A DNA stretch of 64,000 nt from Candidatus Latescibacterota bacterium. Lineage in GTDB: Bacteria > Latescibacterota > CBDEFO01. Location: contig CBDEFO010000003.1 of assembly GCA_965237525.1 (NCBI GenBank), forward strand, positions 384,001-448,000, given 5' to 3'. The notes beneath the pieces were generated by a model. The model ran no database searches. It was not told the DNA's origin and saw only the letters and a program-made list of their open reading frames with translations. Of this stretch, positions 10,308 to 21,459 are shown piece by piece. How positions within the stretch are numbered: position 1 is the first letter of the stretch; each line of letters starts with the position of its first letter. The position numbers were made by a program, and so were the translations under genes.

Positions 10308-11858
10308 TTATCTTCTCTCTCCGAAGTGGTCCAGAAAGACAACAAAGTCGCTGAGCTCTACTTTATCATCTCCATCGAGGTCGAATTTCTCGTCGAATGC
10401 GGTACCACCTAAGCTGGATCCGAAGGCATCAAGGAATAGAACAAAGTCAGCAAGTCCCACCTCGTCATCTTCGTTGAAATCCCCTATAATTTCAGGTACG
10501 TTCTTTACAACAATTCTCACAGAGTCGGATTGACTATCCGCTTCTCCATCGCTGACGACAAGTGTAAAGGTTAATACTAAAGTCTCCGCAACATCAGGAA
10601 GAATAAATGTGGGGCTCTGAATTGTTCGATCTGATAAAGTGACCACAGGGCCTGACACCTGACTCCAAAGATATGTCAAAATATCTCCATCAGGATCGCT
10701 GCTGCCCGAACCGTTCAAGACTACCCTGTCTCCCTCTCCTACTGTCTGATCCGGTCCAGCATTCGCTATGGGAGGCTTGTTGACATCGTTTACAGTAATG
10801 CTCACAGAGTCGGGCTGACTATCCACTTGTCCGTCGCTGACGACAAGCACAAACGTAAATATTAAAGTCTCCGCAACCTCAGGAAGAATAAATGTGGGGC
10901 TCTCGGTTGTTCTGTCTGATAAAGTGACCGAAGGTCCTGACATCTGACTCCAAAGATATGTTAACACATCTCCATCAGGATCGCTGCTGCCCGAACCGTC
11001 CAGAATCAACGTGTCCCTCTCGTCCACTCTCTGATCCACTCCAGCATTTGCTATTGGAGGCTTGTTGACATCGTTTACCGTAATGCTCACAGAGTCGGGC
11101 TGACTATCCGCTTGTCCGTCGCTGACGACAAGCACAAACGTAAATATTAAAGTCTCCGCAACCTCAGGAGCGACAAATGTCGGACTCTGAGCCGTATCGC
11201 TGGATAGTGTGACCGAAGGACCTGACATCTGACTCCAAAGATATGTCACAATATCTCCATCAGGATCGCTGCTGCCCGAACCGTCCAGAATCAATGTGTC
11301 TCCCTCGTTTACAGTGGTGTCTACGCCGGCGTATGCGGTGGGAAGCTCCGGGAAGAAGACCGTCCTGGTCAAAATTGAAACAGCGACTCCCCCTTCATTC
11401 ACCTCAAATCTATCGATCGTAAAGTTCCCGATGCCCTGGGGATCTATCACCTCGAAAGGAATTCGAAGGATCTCACCGGATCCCTCTATTGGAGAAGCCG
11501 AAGCAAATGCCACCTTTACTGCATTTCCGACAGTGTTTGGAAAAAACAGAAAGCTACCTGTTATTTCGTGGGTTATTTCGTCGGTTATTACATTGAACAC
11601 ATCGCTGCTGAATGTGATAAATATCTCGATAGAGTTTACACTGTCCTCCGGAGCGATAGTATCTACAACGACGGTGATGAATAAGGTGCTATCGGGCATC
11701 TCTTGAACAGGACCGAGACCGACGTTGATGTCGCCATAGGCAGTGTGTGCAGTCAAGATAACCAGGCCCATAGCAAAAGTGGACAAACCCGCAAAGATGA
11801 CCAAGACATTTTTGAATCTTTCCATAGATTCTGGTGCCGAGGGGAGATCCCGATTCAC
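10308..11858 (-). CDS. Cohesin-like domain + three PKD/REJ-like repeats + C-terminal dockerin-like domain
   Basis: VKVAFASASPIEGSGEILRIPF (cohesin-like); three 95-aa repeats with a 285-bp DNA period; GDFNEDDEVGLADF..FDLDGDDKVELSDF. Confidence 0.8.
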   Translation of the reverse strand: MNRDLPSAPESMERFKNVLVIFAGLSTFAMGLVILTAHTAYGDINVGLGPVQEMPDSTLFITVVVDTIAPEDSVNSIEIFITFSSDVFNVITDEITHEITGSFLFFPNTVGNAVKVAFASASPIEGSGEILRIPFEVIDPQGIGNFTIDRFEVNEGGVAVSILTRTVFFPELPTAYAGVDTTVNEGDTLILDGSGSSDPDGDIVTYLWSQMSGPSVTLSSDTAQSPTFVAPEVAETLIFTFVLVVSDGQADSQPDSVSITVNDVNKPPIANAGVDQRVDERDTLILDGSGSSDPDGDVLTYLWSQMSGPSVTLSDRTTESPTFILPEVAETLIFTFVLVVSDGQVDSQPDSVSITVNDVNKPPIANAGPDQTVGEGDRVVLNGSGSSDPDGDILTYLWSQVSGPVVTLSDRTIQSPTFILPDVAETLVLTFTLVVSDGEADSQSDSVRIVVKNVPEIIGDFNEDDEVGLADFVLFLDAFGSSLGGTAFDEKFDLDGDDKVELSDFVVFLDHFGERR

Positions 11859-12299
11859 CCGGGGTGAGGAATCAGCACTTTCTCCTTTCTAAGTATCGGG
11901 TCAAAATAGTCTGGAGGTGACTGTAGAGAACCAGCATAGCACACACCAAATAGTAGGCGAATAATTTTAAGTGAGATTGTTTCGCCTACCTCCCAATGAT
12001 ATCTCTTACCTTCAGTGATCGCGAGGGCTGAAACCGCGTAGCAATCTGAACGGAAGGGAGGATCTGTCTCTGACTACCATATGCTGTCTATGGTTTACTT
12101 GCTATAATATATCATCCTTTCCTTGGATAGGCAATATCCTTTCTTGCTTCAGACAATTTCTGATATATGAACAGGAAGAAAAGCTTGCTGCGAAGTAGAA
12201 CCCTCTTTACATCCTGAAAGAAATTTAGTACTATAGCTCAAGTTGTGCCCTCGTACTAAGACCCCAAAACTCATCAGAACTCAGTTCAAAGGATAACAA

Positions 12300-12936
12300 A
12301 TGAAGCGGATAATTTCTTATGCCGTTCCGGCACTATTGCTCGCTTTGAATCCGACTATCCATGTACAAATCCTGCTCGGACCTACAGCCACTAGTGTCGG
12401 GAGACAACCTTCGTCAATCTTTACCACGGATTTAGATAGAGATGGAGATAATGACCTGACTGTAGCTCCTGGAACCGCCAATGGTATATCAGTGTTGTTG
12501 AACAATGGAAATGGGACATTTGCAGAACCGGTGAACTATGGTGCTGGGGATAGTCCCTTTTCAATTTACAGTGCGGATTTAGATGGAGATGCAGATAATG
12601 ACTTAGCTGTGGCCAATTTTGATAGCGATGATGTATCGGTGCTGTTAAATAACGGAGACGGGACATTTGCAGACAGGGTGAACTATATAGTTGGGGACGA
12701 TCCCAGATCAGTCTTCAGTGCAGATTAAGTTGGAGATGGGGATAATTACCTGGCTGTGGCTAATAAGGTAATCTTTGATAAGAACACCTTTAAACTCATC
12801 AGTACCGTCCCAGTGTTGTTGAACCTGTCTATTCAACCCTGAGACTCCCATCCATTACGACCTTGCCGCGCGAAGCTGTGTTGATATATCTGTCTATAAT
12901 ATGATGGGACAGAAGGTAGGGCCATTGGTGTCCTGA
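12300..12936 (+). pseudogene. FG-GAP/VCBS repeat protein with FlgD-type C-terminal remnant
   Basis: DLDGDADNDLAVAN repeats; TAA at 12726 inside a repeat; downstream ISVYNMMGQKV remnant. Confidence 0.75.
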
Positions 12937-13070
12937 CGGGGTAACGGGGTATTAGAGGAGGAGACGGCTGTGAATAAGATAAAGGAGAGCAAGACGAAAG
13001 CATTTAATGTCTTATCGTGCATAGCTGTTCTAATCTTGATCGGATGTGGTGATAGTGTCAAGGGATTAGA

Positions 13071-13660
13071 TTCCAGAAGCCTATAAGGAAGCCGCCTCGC
13101 TACCTTTCACAAGAAGAGATAGACGCTCTGATTTCGGAGTGTCCACCACATCTTTATCCTATCGTAGTTATCGCTCTTTATACAGGAATGAGAAAAGGAG
13201 AGATATTCAACCTCAAGTGGGGGGATGCAGATTTAAAGCAGGGAGTAACATCGGTCAATAACCGGGAGGACTTCCACACAAAAAACTTTGATAACCGGAT
13301 TATACCGATGCGTCCGGTTGTGAGGTAAGCGCCAAGCAGACATCCACGTTACATCTCCAGCCCTTACGTGTTCTGTAACAAAAACAACGAACCTATAAAG
13401 ATGTAAAAAGAGCTTTGCAGGCGCTCTTACAAGGGCAGGTATTACCAACTTCAGATTTCATGCTCTACGACATACATTCAGCTCGTGGCTTGTAATGTCT
13501 GGTGTTGATCTGGCTACAGCACAGGAACTTATGGGGCATAAGACAATTTCAATGACATTACATTAGGCCCATCTTGCCGCAGGCCCATCTTGCCCCGAGT
13601 CACCTGAAGGATGCCATAGACAAACTGAATCTGAGTGGACACTATTTGGACACCCAGAAG
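13071..13660 (+). pseudogene. Tyrosine recombinase/integrase catalytic-domain remnant
   Basis: ALYTGMRKGEIFNLKW and FRFHALRHTFSSWLVMSGVDL..ELMGHK; internal stops and a frameshift; the expected catalytic Tyr position is TAG. Confidence 0.88.
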
Positions 13661-13724
13661 AAAAAGAAAAGCACTTAGCTTGGAAGTCAGTTCTTCTAAG
13701 TGCTTTATTTGGAGTAAGATATAG

Positions 13725-13800
13725 TGGAGCCGGCGAAGGGACTCGAACCCCCGACCTGCTCATTACAAGTGAGCTGCTCTACCAGCTGAGCTACACCGGC
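13725..13800 (-). tRNA. tRNA-Thr(TGT)
   Basis: GCCGGTGTAGCTCAGCTGGTAGAGCA-GCTCA-CTTGTAA-TGAGC-AGGTCGGGGGTTCGAGTCCCTTCGCCGGCTCCA; 76 nt with encoded CCA. Confidence 0.97.
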
Positions 13801-13814
13801 CTAAGCTGGAATTA

Positions 13815-13843
13815 AATCTAAACCGTCAGTCTCGATATGTCAA
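13815..13843 (-). promoter_or_regulatory. Sigma70-type promoter of tRNA-Thr
   Basis: TTGACA-17bp-TAGATT. Confidence 0.7.
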
Positions 13844-13869
13844 GCAAAAAAGTAGACAGGGCACCGCGT

Positions 13870-15366
13870 TTAGCTGAATGCTGTCCAGTTGTCTTTGTGT
13901 TTCCATATAGTTCCTTCCGTCCTGTCTTCTAACTCTACTCCCATTGCAGAAAGCTGAACTCTTATCTTATCGGACAGCTCCCACTCTTTCTTCTGTCTCA
14001 TCTTTGACCTAACTTCCACCAGCAGATATATTAGACCATCTATATTCTGTGAATCGTCTTTACCGGCAAATTCCAGTTTCAGGCCTAAGACGTCCGAGAT
14101 CAGTTTCATCCTATTCTGGGCCATTAAAAGTAGTGCCCCTCTGGCCTCGTTCCTCTCCATCTGGGTCACTACATTTGCGCGCTTAGAGAGATCGAACAAT
14201 ACCGAAAGAGCCTGCGGAGCGTTGAAATCGTCATCCATCGCCTTCTCGAATCGTTCTTTCGCACTTTCTGTCTCCTCAAATAGTTCCCTATCCTCGCTTG
14301 ATAACGAAGCCTCACAAATATCTGCCTTCCTTGATGTGCCCTGTGAGGATAGATGGATGTTTCTGGAGGCATTTACCAATCTCTCCAGTCCGCTTTGTGC
14401 ACCTTTAAGCGCTTCTTCTGAGATCTCCACCGGACTTCTGTAGTGACCGCTTAATATCAGCAATCTGACGGCCTGTGGGCTATACTTTTTGAAAGCGTCC
14501 TTTATGGTCAGGAAATTCCCAAGGGACTTGCTCATCTTCACGCCGTCCACAGTCACCATGTTATTGTGCATCCAATACCGCACAAAAGGACTCCCCGTAG
14601 ATCCCTCGCTTTGCGTTATCTCACACTCGTTGTGAGGGAAGATATTTTCCATTCCCCCGCCGTGGATATCGGTCGTCTCTCCCAGGTACTTCATCGCCAT
14701 AGCCGAGCATTCCACGTGCCAGCCTGGATAGCCCCAGCCCCAGGGGCTCGGCCACTTTAATATATGACCCTCCCGAGCTTTCTTCCACAAAGCAAAGTCA
14801 ACAGGGGCCTCCTTTTCGGGATTGACCTTAACTCTGGCGCCCTCTTTAAGCTCCTCTACCTTCCTACCTGAAAGCTTCCCGTACTGGGAAAAACTCGACA
14901 CCCTGAAGTACACAGAACCGTTGACTTCGTAAGCATGCCCTCTTTCAATCAGGGTCTTTATAAGCTCTATCTGCTCGCAGATGTGTCCACTTGCACGGGG
15001 AGAGATATCGGGCCTTAGGACGTTTAAGGCATCCATGTCCTCAAAATAGCTCCTCGTATAGGTCTCGGCTAGTTCCATAGGTTCGACCCTTTCGAGTGCA
15101 GCCCTTTTTATCAGCTTATCCTCACCCTCGTCCGAATCGTCTGTGAGATGCCCTACGTCCGTGATGTTCTGAACATACCTTACCTTATATCCTGAATACC
15201 TTAAATACCTTACAATTACGTCAAAGCTTATGTAACATTTGGCGTGTCCCAAGTGAGCGTGGTCGTAGACCGTAGGACCGCACACATACATACTCACTCT
15301 GCCCTTCCTTAAAGGCTCAAACTCCTCTTTTTTCCTCGTCAGGCTGTTGTACACCATCAGAGCCAT
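13870..15366 (-). CDS. cysS: Cysteine--tRNA ligase
   Basis: [31 protein letters not shown]. Confidence 0.98.
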   Translation of the reverse strand: MALMVYNSLTRKKEEFEPLRKGRVSMYVCGPTVYDHAHLGHAKCYISFDVIVRYLRYSGYKVRYVQNITDVGHLTDDSDEGEDKLIKRAALERVEPMELAETYTRSYFEDMDALNVLRPDISPRASGHICEQIELIKTLIERGHAYEVNGSVYFRVSSFSQYGKLSGRKVEELKEGARVKVNPEKEAPVDFALWKKAREGHILKWPSPWGWGYPGWHVECSAMAMKYLGETTDIHGGGMENIFPHNECEITQSEGSTGSPFVRYWMHNNMVTVDGVKMSKSLGNFLTIKDAFKKYSPQAVRLLILSGHYRSPVEISEEALKGAQSGLERLVNASRNIHLSSQGTSRKADICEASLSSEDRELFEETESAKERFEKAMDDDFNAPQALSVLFDLSKRANVVTQMERNEARGALLLMAQNRMKLISDVLGLKLEFAGKDDSQNIDGLIYLLVEVRSKMRQKKEWELSDKIRVQLSAMGVELEDRTEGTIWKHKDNWTAFS

Positions 15367-15397
15367 TTCAGTCTCCCGATAGACATTCTTTTACCGT

Positions 15398-16006
15398 CTA
15401 CAGTTGAACTTTTCTTTTGCGCCAGTAGAGGACAGACCCGACGCAGACCAAAAGTGCCATAATTATAAAAGCTGCTGTGTTATACCTTCTCAAGAGCTGG
15501 GCAGCCATTTCCCAGTTTTCTCCCGCTATCAGCCCGGCACATACCAAAAGTCCGTTCCATATGATCATCCCTACAGAACCGTAGAGGGCTATCTTGCCTG
15601 CTGACATCTTGCTTGCCCCTGCAAGGGGGGAGATCATCGACCTGACTCCTGGAAGGAACCTGTTAATCAGTATCACTTTATATCCGTATCTGCTCAGCCA
15701 CCTTTGCGCCTTCGCTGTGTTCTTGGGGGAAAAGAGCCTCTTTCTCCTCTCATCTGAGAAGAACGCATTACCCAGATAGAGTCCGACGTAATATACGAAC
15801 ATAAACCCCAGAATACTCCCGAGAAGGGCCGCGCTGATCATTGGAGTCAGCTTCAAGACCCCTATCCCGACTAAATAGGCCCCGAAAATTGTCACAAGAT
15901 CGCCCGGTACGGGAGGGACAACGTTCTCCAAGAAAGAATTCAAAAATAAGAGGATGTAGATAGTCTCTGGGCCCAGGGATGATATGAAGTTTGTAACTTC
16001 CTGCAC
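15398..16006 (-). CDS. DedA family membrane protein
   Basis: LENVVPPVPGD, RFLPGVR. Confidence 0.9.
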   Translation of the reverse strand: MQEVTNFISSLGPETIYILLFLNSFLENVVPPVPGDLVTIFGAYLVGIGVLKLTPMISAALLGSILGFMFVYYVGLYLGNAFFSDERRKRLFSPKNTAKAQRWLSRYGYKVILINRFLPGVRSMISPLAGASKMSAGKIALYGSVGMIIWNGLLVCAGLIAGENWEMAAQLLRRYNTAAFIIMALLVCVGSVLYWRKRKVQL

Positions 16007-16019
16007 TTATTGCCCCCGA

Positions 16020-16172
16020 AATAAGTAGAAAAGGCACATGCTCTTCCCATGAGTTTGCTTCGGGTTTGGGACCTCGCAATAACCAAAAGCCGAAGATATG
16101 CACCGTCATTGCCATCCCCGAATGAAGCCCCAATAGATTCAATTGGGGGTCGGGGATGGCAAAGCAACCTCA
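16020..16172. repeat. REP-like cassette containing a 21-bp palindrome (16128-16148)
   Basis: TTGCTTCG..CTCGCAATAAC; GTCATTGCCATCCCCG..CGGGGATGGCAAAGCAACCTC. Confidence 0.7.
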
Positions 16173-16173
16173 C

Positions 16174-16644
16174 TTAGAATGCCTTTCCCTGTACACTTTC
16201 TACTGATTTATGGCGGACAGTGCCGCCGACAACTATTCCAGCACTGATCAAAATCAAATTTTTGATAATATACTGCCCTGCAAGGGTAAGACCGTAAGGA
16301 AAATGGGTAAAACACACGTCAGGTAACAGGACTAAAGGGAGCATTGTCCCCGGCATCTGCAAGAAAAGCAAAAAAAGAGCGGCGCGGATAAGCGGACGAA
16401 ACAGCAAGCCCACGCCGATGGCTACCTCCCACCATCCAAGGATAGGAACGAATAGATCAGGAGGTAACCAATAGACTGTCCTTTTTGCCAGTTCTGCCGC
16501 GGGGCTGATCCCTAAAGGCTTTAATATTCCAAACCAGATGAATATGATCCCCAGGGACATTCTAAGAAGAAAGTGACCGTACCTTCTCATCCATCCGGCA
16601 ATGGACCGATCAATCTGGTCAAACGCTGTAAACATATTTGCCAC
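16174..16644 (-). CDS. DoxX-family membrane protein
   Basis: LRMSLGIIFIWFGILK, GQYIIKNLILI. Confidence 0.85.
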   Translation of the reverse strand: MANMFTAFDQIDRSIAGWMRRYGHFLLRMSLGIIFIWFGILKPLGISPAAELAKRTVYWLPPDLFVPILGWWEVAIGVGLLFRPLIRAALFLLFLQMPGTMLPLVLLPDVCFTHFPYGLTLAGQYIIKNLILISAGIVVGGTVRHKSVESVQGKAF

Positions 16645-16746
16645 TCTTGCCCGGTCCCCCCAAAGTTACCCATGTCAGACATGCCTGTCTGACATGAAAC
16701 AGAAACAGAGCTGAATTTCTGTCGACCAATGACGGGGAAAAAGAAA

Positions 16747-17919
16747 CTATACGATATTAAGAGCGGCGTTGATATCGTCCTGATAGACTGTATGCCGATC
16801 TTCTATAACATCGGTGACTAAAAGAGGTCGATTTTGTGCTGAGGATTCGATCACAGCGTAGGATAAAGCCATTGCTTCCAGCCCCGACTGTCCATCGGTT
16901 TCAAACTCCACCTCTCCATTGATAGCTCTGAGGAACTCGAGCAACTCCAATGTGACTGGATTGGTTAATCCTCCGGGAAACTGGGATTTTTTGAGTTCTG
17001 TTGGCGCGTTTGCCTTGTAATATTCGACTAGGCCGATTCTCTTCCCGCCATCGAGGAAGAGCGTGTCCTCCTTCAGACATCCCTCTTCGCCGTAGATGGT
17101 GTAAGGGACGCTTGTGGTCTCTGCCCCGTGTCCCCACAAGGTCAGGACCCACACTCCTGTTGCACCGCATTCGAACTCCAAAAGTGAGAACGACGCATCC
17201 TCCACGCTATTCTCAAAGGGCTCAGATTTGATACCTAATTCGTCGCGAAGATATCGGAACGGAACGAAATGTCGCGCCATTCCGAAGACCTGTTTGACCT
17301 CTCCAATATGAAGCCTGAAAAGATCGGCGTGGTGTACGCCCATATCCAGCACCCATCCCGCTCCGGCATCCATCTTTCGATGTCTCCAGGGAGTTCCTGC
17401 GACGACGGAATCGGGAACACCCTCAATACCGACCTGAATCATTATCTTCGGCTCTCCGAGCAGCCCCCCATCGATAACGTACTTTCGAGCGCGCTGATTC
17501 AACGCGCGTCTGGTATTTTCCGCTACTCCTAAGATCCTACCTGTCCTCTTAGCCGTTTCGATCATACGGCGGCCTGCGCGGATAGTTATGGCAAAAGGCT
17601 TCTCCACCATGCAATCTATCCCGGCCTCCAGAGAGTCGATGGCGATATTGTGGTGGCTCTTATGATCCGTTACTATATCCACCGCGTCCACTATCCTTTC
17701 ATCGAGCATCTGACGATAGTCAGTAAATATCTTAGGGCGATATCCGAGTCGCTCCTCTGCGGTATCTGCAGCGATCTGGGCACGCTCCTCTACTATGTCG
17801 CATACGGCTGTCAACTCGCCGATATTAAACCCTGAATGAACCATGTCCTTGAGACATTTTGACCTTGACTGTGCCATCGAGCCAGTGCCGATAATGCCTA
17901 TACGAACTCTTTGGCTCAT
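16747..17919 (-). CDS. Gfo/Idh/MocA family oxidoreductase
   Basis: IGIIGTG, VEKP, DMGVHHAD. Confidence 0.92.
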   Translation of the reverse strand: MSQRVRIGIIGTGSMAQSRSKCLKDMVHSGFNIGELTAVCDIVEERAQIAADTAEERLGYRPKIFTDYRQMLDERIVDAVDIVTDHKSHHNIAIDSLEAGIDCMVEKPFAITIRAGRRMIETAKRTGRILGVAENTRRALNQRARKYVIDGGLLGEPKIMIQVGIEGVPDSVVAGTPWRHRKMDAGAGWVLDMGVHHADLFRLHIGEVKQVFGMARHFVPFRYLRDELGIKSEPFENSVEDASFSLLEFECGATGVWVLTLWGHGAETTSVPYTIYGEEGCLKEDTLFLDGGKRIGLVEYYKANAPTELKKSQFPGGLTNPVTLELLEFLRAINGEVEFETDGQSGLEAMALSYAVIESSAQNRPLLVTDVIEDRHTVYQDDINAALNIV

Positions 17920-18143
17920 TGAACTTTGACCTGTCTTTCAACTTCTGTTCCCGCGATGAGTTCCCTAAAATCGATGCCTAAGATACGGGCTAACTTCTTG
18001 ACCACCTCCACTCTCGGAACGAAGCCGTGGTCTATCTTGCTCAGGTAACCCTGGGCTATCCCCGCCTTTTCAGAAAGCTCTTTTTTGTCTATTCCTTTTT
18101 CTTTGATAATCTTATTGAGTCGCTCACTGATCGATCCCTCCAT
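17916..18143 (-). CDS. XRE-family helix-turn-helix protein
   Basis: ELSEKAGIAQGYLSKIDHG; RBS AAGGAGG. Confidence 0.85.
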   Translation of the reverse strand: MEGSISERLNKIIKEKGIDKKELSEKAGIAQGYLSKIDHGFVPRVEVVKKLARILGIDFRELIAGTEVERQVKVQ

Positions 18144-18168
18144 GGCTTGTCCTCCTTGTGGGATTGCT

Positions 18169-19359
18169 TCAATCTTTCAGACTGTGATGCACCGTAGATA
18201 CAGCGTAAGCCCCTATGCCTTCGCCTCTGCCTGTATAGCCTAATCCCTCAGTCGTCGTTGCCTTTACAGAGATTCTGTCCTTATCTATGCCCAGGGCGTC
18301 GGCTATGTTCTTGCGCATTTGAGATATGAACTTTGAGACTTTCGGCCTCTGCGCAGCAATAGTAGAATCCACGTTCACAATGCAAAAGCCTCTATCATCC
18401 AATATCTTCCTTACGCTCTCCAGAATAATCAGACTCGAGATACCTTCAAATTCGGGGTCAGAATCGGGGAAATGTCTTCCGATGTCGCCTAAAGCTGCAG
18501 CGCCTAAAAGGGAATCCGCAATGGCGTGACAGAGCACGTCCCCATCCGAATGACCCAAAAGCCCCATTGCAAAAGGAATCTGAACTCCGCCTAATATCAG
18601 CTTTCTGTCATCTTGGAGCCTGTGAACGTCGAATCCGTGACCTATCCTCAAATTCGGAGCGCCTGTTCTATTGGCGCTCTCCATCCTGCCCAAGATCAAC
18701 TTTCCGACCTCCATATCCTCAGGCGTAGTAATCTTTATGTTATCGTATGACCCCTCCACAATCCCTACGCCATGTCCTAACCTCTCAACCAAAGCCGCCT
18801 CATCAGTCCCGTAGAATCCATCTTCAAGCGCCCTTTCAAATGCCCTTTCTAATATCGTCCTCTCGAATACCTGGGGAGTCTGTGCGCACCATAGACTTTC
18901 TCTGTCCAGAGTGCACTCCACAACTTTATCCCTGCAGAACTTCACCGTATCAACAGCCCGAACAGCCACGATAACAGCCCCCGCATCTTTGCAAAGCTCC
19001 ACAGCCTTATCGATCAAGTCCGGTTCTATAAATGGCCTCACAGCGTCGTGAACGACAACTATATCGATGTCCTTTTCTAAAACCTTCAGCCCCTCGTAGA
19101 CAGAATCTTGTCTCTGTCTACCGCCAGTCACAACCTTTGAGACTTTTCCGAATCCCAATCCAACCTCATCCCGGCATAGTTCCACATATCCTTTTGGGGC
19201 AACTACCACCACTCTGTCTATTGACTTGCAGTCTTCAAATTTTTTGAGCGTATGAGCCAGAATCGTCCTCCCGCACAACTTTCTGAACTGCTTTGCTCTT
19301 TTTTCTCCCATCCTAACCCCCGCCCCAGCCGCAGGAATGACAGCCCCGACCACAGACAA
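18169..19359 (-). CDS. ispDF: Bifunctional IspD/IspF
   Basis: [22 protein letters not shown], then [22 protein letters not shown]. Confidence 0.96.
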   Translation of the reverse strand: MSVVGAVIPAAGAGVRMGEKRAKQFRKLCGRTILAHTLKKFEDCKSIDRVVVVAPKGYVELCRDEVGLGFGKVSKVVTGGRQRQDSVYEGLKVLEKDIDIVVVHDAVRPFIEPDLIDKAVELCKDAGAVIVAVRAVDTVKFCRDKVVECTLDRESLWCAQTPQVFERTILERAFERALEDGFYGTDEAALVERLGHGVGIVEGSYDNIKITTPEDMEVGKLILGRMESANRTGAPNLRIGHGFDVHRLQDDRKLILGGVQIPFAMGLLGHSDGDVLCHAIADSLLGAAALGDIGRHFPDSDPEFEGISSLIILESVRKILDDRGFCIVNVDSTIAAQRPKVSKFISQMRKNIADALGIDKDRISVKATTTEGLGYTGRGEGIGAYAVSTVHHSLKD

Positions 19360-19517
19360 ATTTTGGATCCTTCAAGATTATATTTTTCGACTACAGGTGC
19401 AGTCATCAGATATGTTCAGATAGTTCGTATTTCGTCTTTGAGACGTTTCTACTCAATGGAAGAATGTTGCAACCACAGCAAATCGGTTCCACATACGATA
19501 TCTTGGCTTTGACAGCT

Positions 19518-19546
19518 AAGATAAGAAAGAAGTTACCGGATGTCAA
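19518..19546 (-). promoter_or_regulatory. Sigma70-type promoter for the ispDF run
   Basis: TTGACA-17bp-TATCTT. Confidence 0.6.
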
Positions 19547-19696
19547 TAAGAGACCTTATGTAAACTCCTATCTCGAAGAACACTCGATGTTAGGGCCAGT
19601 CGACACCAATTTCTGAGCACTTCGGAGAGAGCTTGTGGGAAGTGAACCATTCTTAGGGGTTGATTTGACAACTCACGGTTCTTACAGTTACTAAAA

Positions 19697-21215
19697 AAGC
19701 CTTGTGAAATAGTTATGTCCCAGGCAGCGTCTGAAGCGCCGATTATGGGTCAAAGAGTAGCATATCGTATCGTTTTGCTGTGGAATAAGCAAAATAGTCT
19801 TATCAGAGTTCTGGTCAGCAAGGAACAGGAGCTGTTTGAAGAACAGGATGCACTGTCTTTGACAGACAGGGCACACATAGACGCTTTCCCCCTTCTTATG
19901 AAAGATACAAGCCTCTTGAGATTCTGTACTGTTGCAACAAGATTCAACTGTTCATTCAGTGAGGCTGGTCCTCTGTAACGGGCTCGTCCCATACCGTGTT
20001 GTTGCCTGGCTTCAGCAAAGATATGTTCACTGCGTTTACGGAGTCTCCGGGAGAGTTTGTAGTCAGCTGTTAATGAGATAGACCGTGCATGATTTCTGGC
20101 TTTCGCCTCTCGCACTTTTCTATCCCGTTCGGCCTGAATATGTGCTGAATTTGTCTTGTTTTTCCATGTAGGAATCGGTTCAATCTTCTCATCGGCTCGC
20201 AGAGGAATATGGGGTATGATTCCCCGGTCAAGTACATCAGCGATAAAATTACCAGAACCGTAACCGGTATCGGCACTAAGTGTCTGAATGTCTTTGGGCA
20301 TGGTGTATGTTTCAAGGTCATCTACCATCTTAAGGGCACTTTCGGGCTCTGCTGTCCCTGTCGCCTGCGTGCCCTGAGTCTCAAGGATTACTCTGCTTTT
20401 TGTGTCGATCAGATCATGGCCCATAAACGAGAGAAAAGCCCCTTTGCCCTTCGATTTGCTGTATAAGCGCGCGTCGGGGTCTGTAGTCGAACGGTGTGTT
20501 TGGTTCGTCCACTTTTCACCATGAAAGTCTTTATCCTGAGGATGCCCGGACCTACCCTTTGTCTTATCACCTTCAAAACCGATTCCCTTGAGATAATCAT
20601 CAAGAGAAACAGGGGGTTCTATCGGCTCAATACTTTTCACTGAAGCATCAGCTTGTATCTGAGTGCCGTCGACACTAAGGTGTTTACCGCTCACAAGACC
20701 GACATCTATGCAACACTGGACTACCTGACGCATTATCCGTTCAAACAACCCACTGGATGCCCACTTGTGATTGCGAAGCTTGTTGATCGTGCTCCTATCC
20801 GGAACCGCATCATCAAATGTCTGATGACAAAACAACCGATATGCCGCATGCATCCCCACTTCCTGACAGAGCCGATTCTCACTCAAATTATACAGATAGC
20901 CAATAAGGATCATTCGAACAACTAATTCAGGATCAATACCGGGTCTGCCATTGTCAGGGCAATAACAATCTGATACAACGTCTCGTACAAATGAAAAATC
21001 AACTGCCTCATCAATCTGACGAAGGATATGATCCTCGGGAACTAAATCCTCCATCTGAAAATAGTGAAACATCGGATTTGTCTGTTCCTGCTTTTGTGGG
21101 GTCATTGTTTCCTCCATGTATAATATTATCAATAACATAATATAATACATCGGAGCTGCTTTATCAATGCTTGTTCTATACTACTTTCTGAATCTAAGGG
21201 TTTTTCACAAGGCTT
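19697..21215 (-). mobile_element. IS1182-family IS, copy 2 (transposase 19750-21150)
   Basis: Same IRs and length as copy 1; flanks AAAA / TTAG, so no matching duplication. Confidence 0.92.
19750..21150 (-). CDS. IS1182-family transposase
   Basis: Protein identical to that of 6085-7485. Confidence 0.92.
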   Translation of the reverse strand: MYYIMLLIILYMEETMTPQKQEQTNPMFHYFQMEDLVPEDHILRQIDEAVDFSFVRDVVSDCYCPDNGRPGIDPELVVRMILIGYLYNLSENRLCQEVGMHAAYRLFCHQTFDDAVPDRSTINKLRNHKWASSGLFERIMRQVVQCCIDVGLVSGKHLSVDGTQIQADASVKSIEPIEPPVSLDDYLKGIGFEGDKTKGRSGHPQDKDFHGEKWTNQTHRSTTDPDARLYSKSKGKGAFLSFMGHDLIDTKSRVILETQGTQATGTAEPESALKMVDDLETYTMPKDIQTLSADTGYGSGNFIADVLDRGIIPHIPLRADEKIEPIPTWKNKTNSAHIQAERDRKVREAKARNHARSISLTADYKLSRRLRKRSEHIFAEARQQHGMGRARYRGPASLNEQLNLVATVQNLKRLVSFIRRGKASMCALSVKDSASCSSNSSCSLLTRTLIRLFCLFHSKTIRYATL

Positions 21216-21243
21216 TTAGTGTCTTATGCTCTTAAACTTTTGC

Positions 21244-21272
21244 TTGACTTTGCATCGCCATAGTGTTATACT
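21244..21272 (+). promoter_or_regulatory. Near-consensus sigma70 promoter between two IS copies
   Basis: TTGACT-17bp-TATACT. Confidence 0.7.
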
Positions 21273-21459
21273 ATTAGCCTGTGTGTCTGTCCCTGAATAG
21301 CTACTCTAGAAATTTACCTATATGTCGAAGGCGATGGGGAACTTTTTCAGAAAAACTCCCAATTTTGCCTTCTAACTGGAAGGGTTTTTAGAATCACCGT
21401 ATCGATACTTCTTGTCCTTAAGTAAGAAGATACTTGATGTGTTTTTTGATAGGTATTAG

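Noticed and set aside
10480..11340. Long direct DNA repeats as a possible DGR template/variable pair
   Set aside because: They are in-frame 285-bp PKD-domain repeats within one ORF, without evident adenine-specific differences, and no reverse transcriptase is present.
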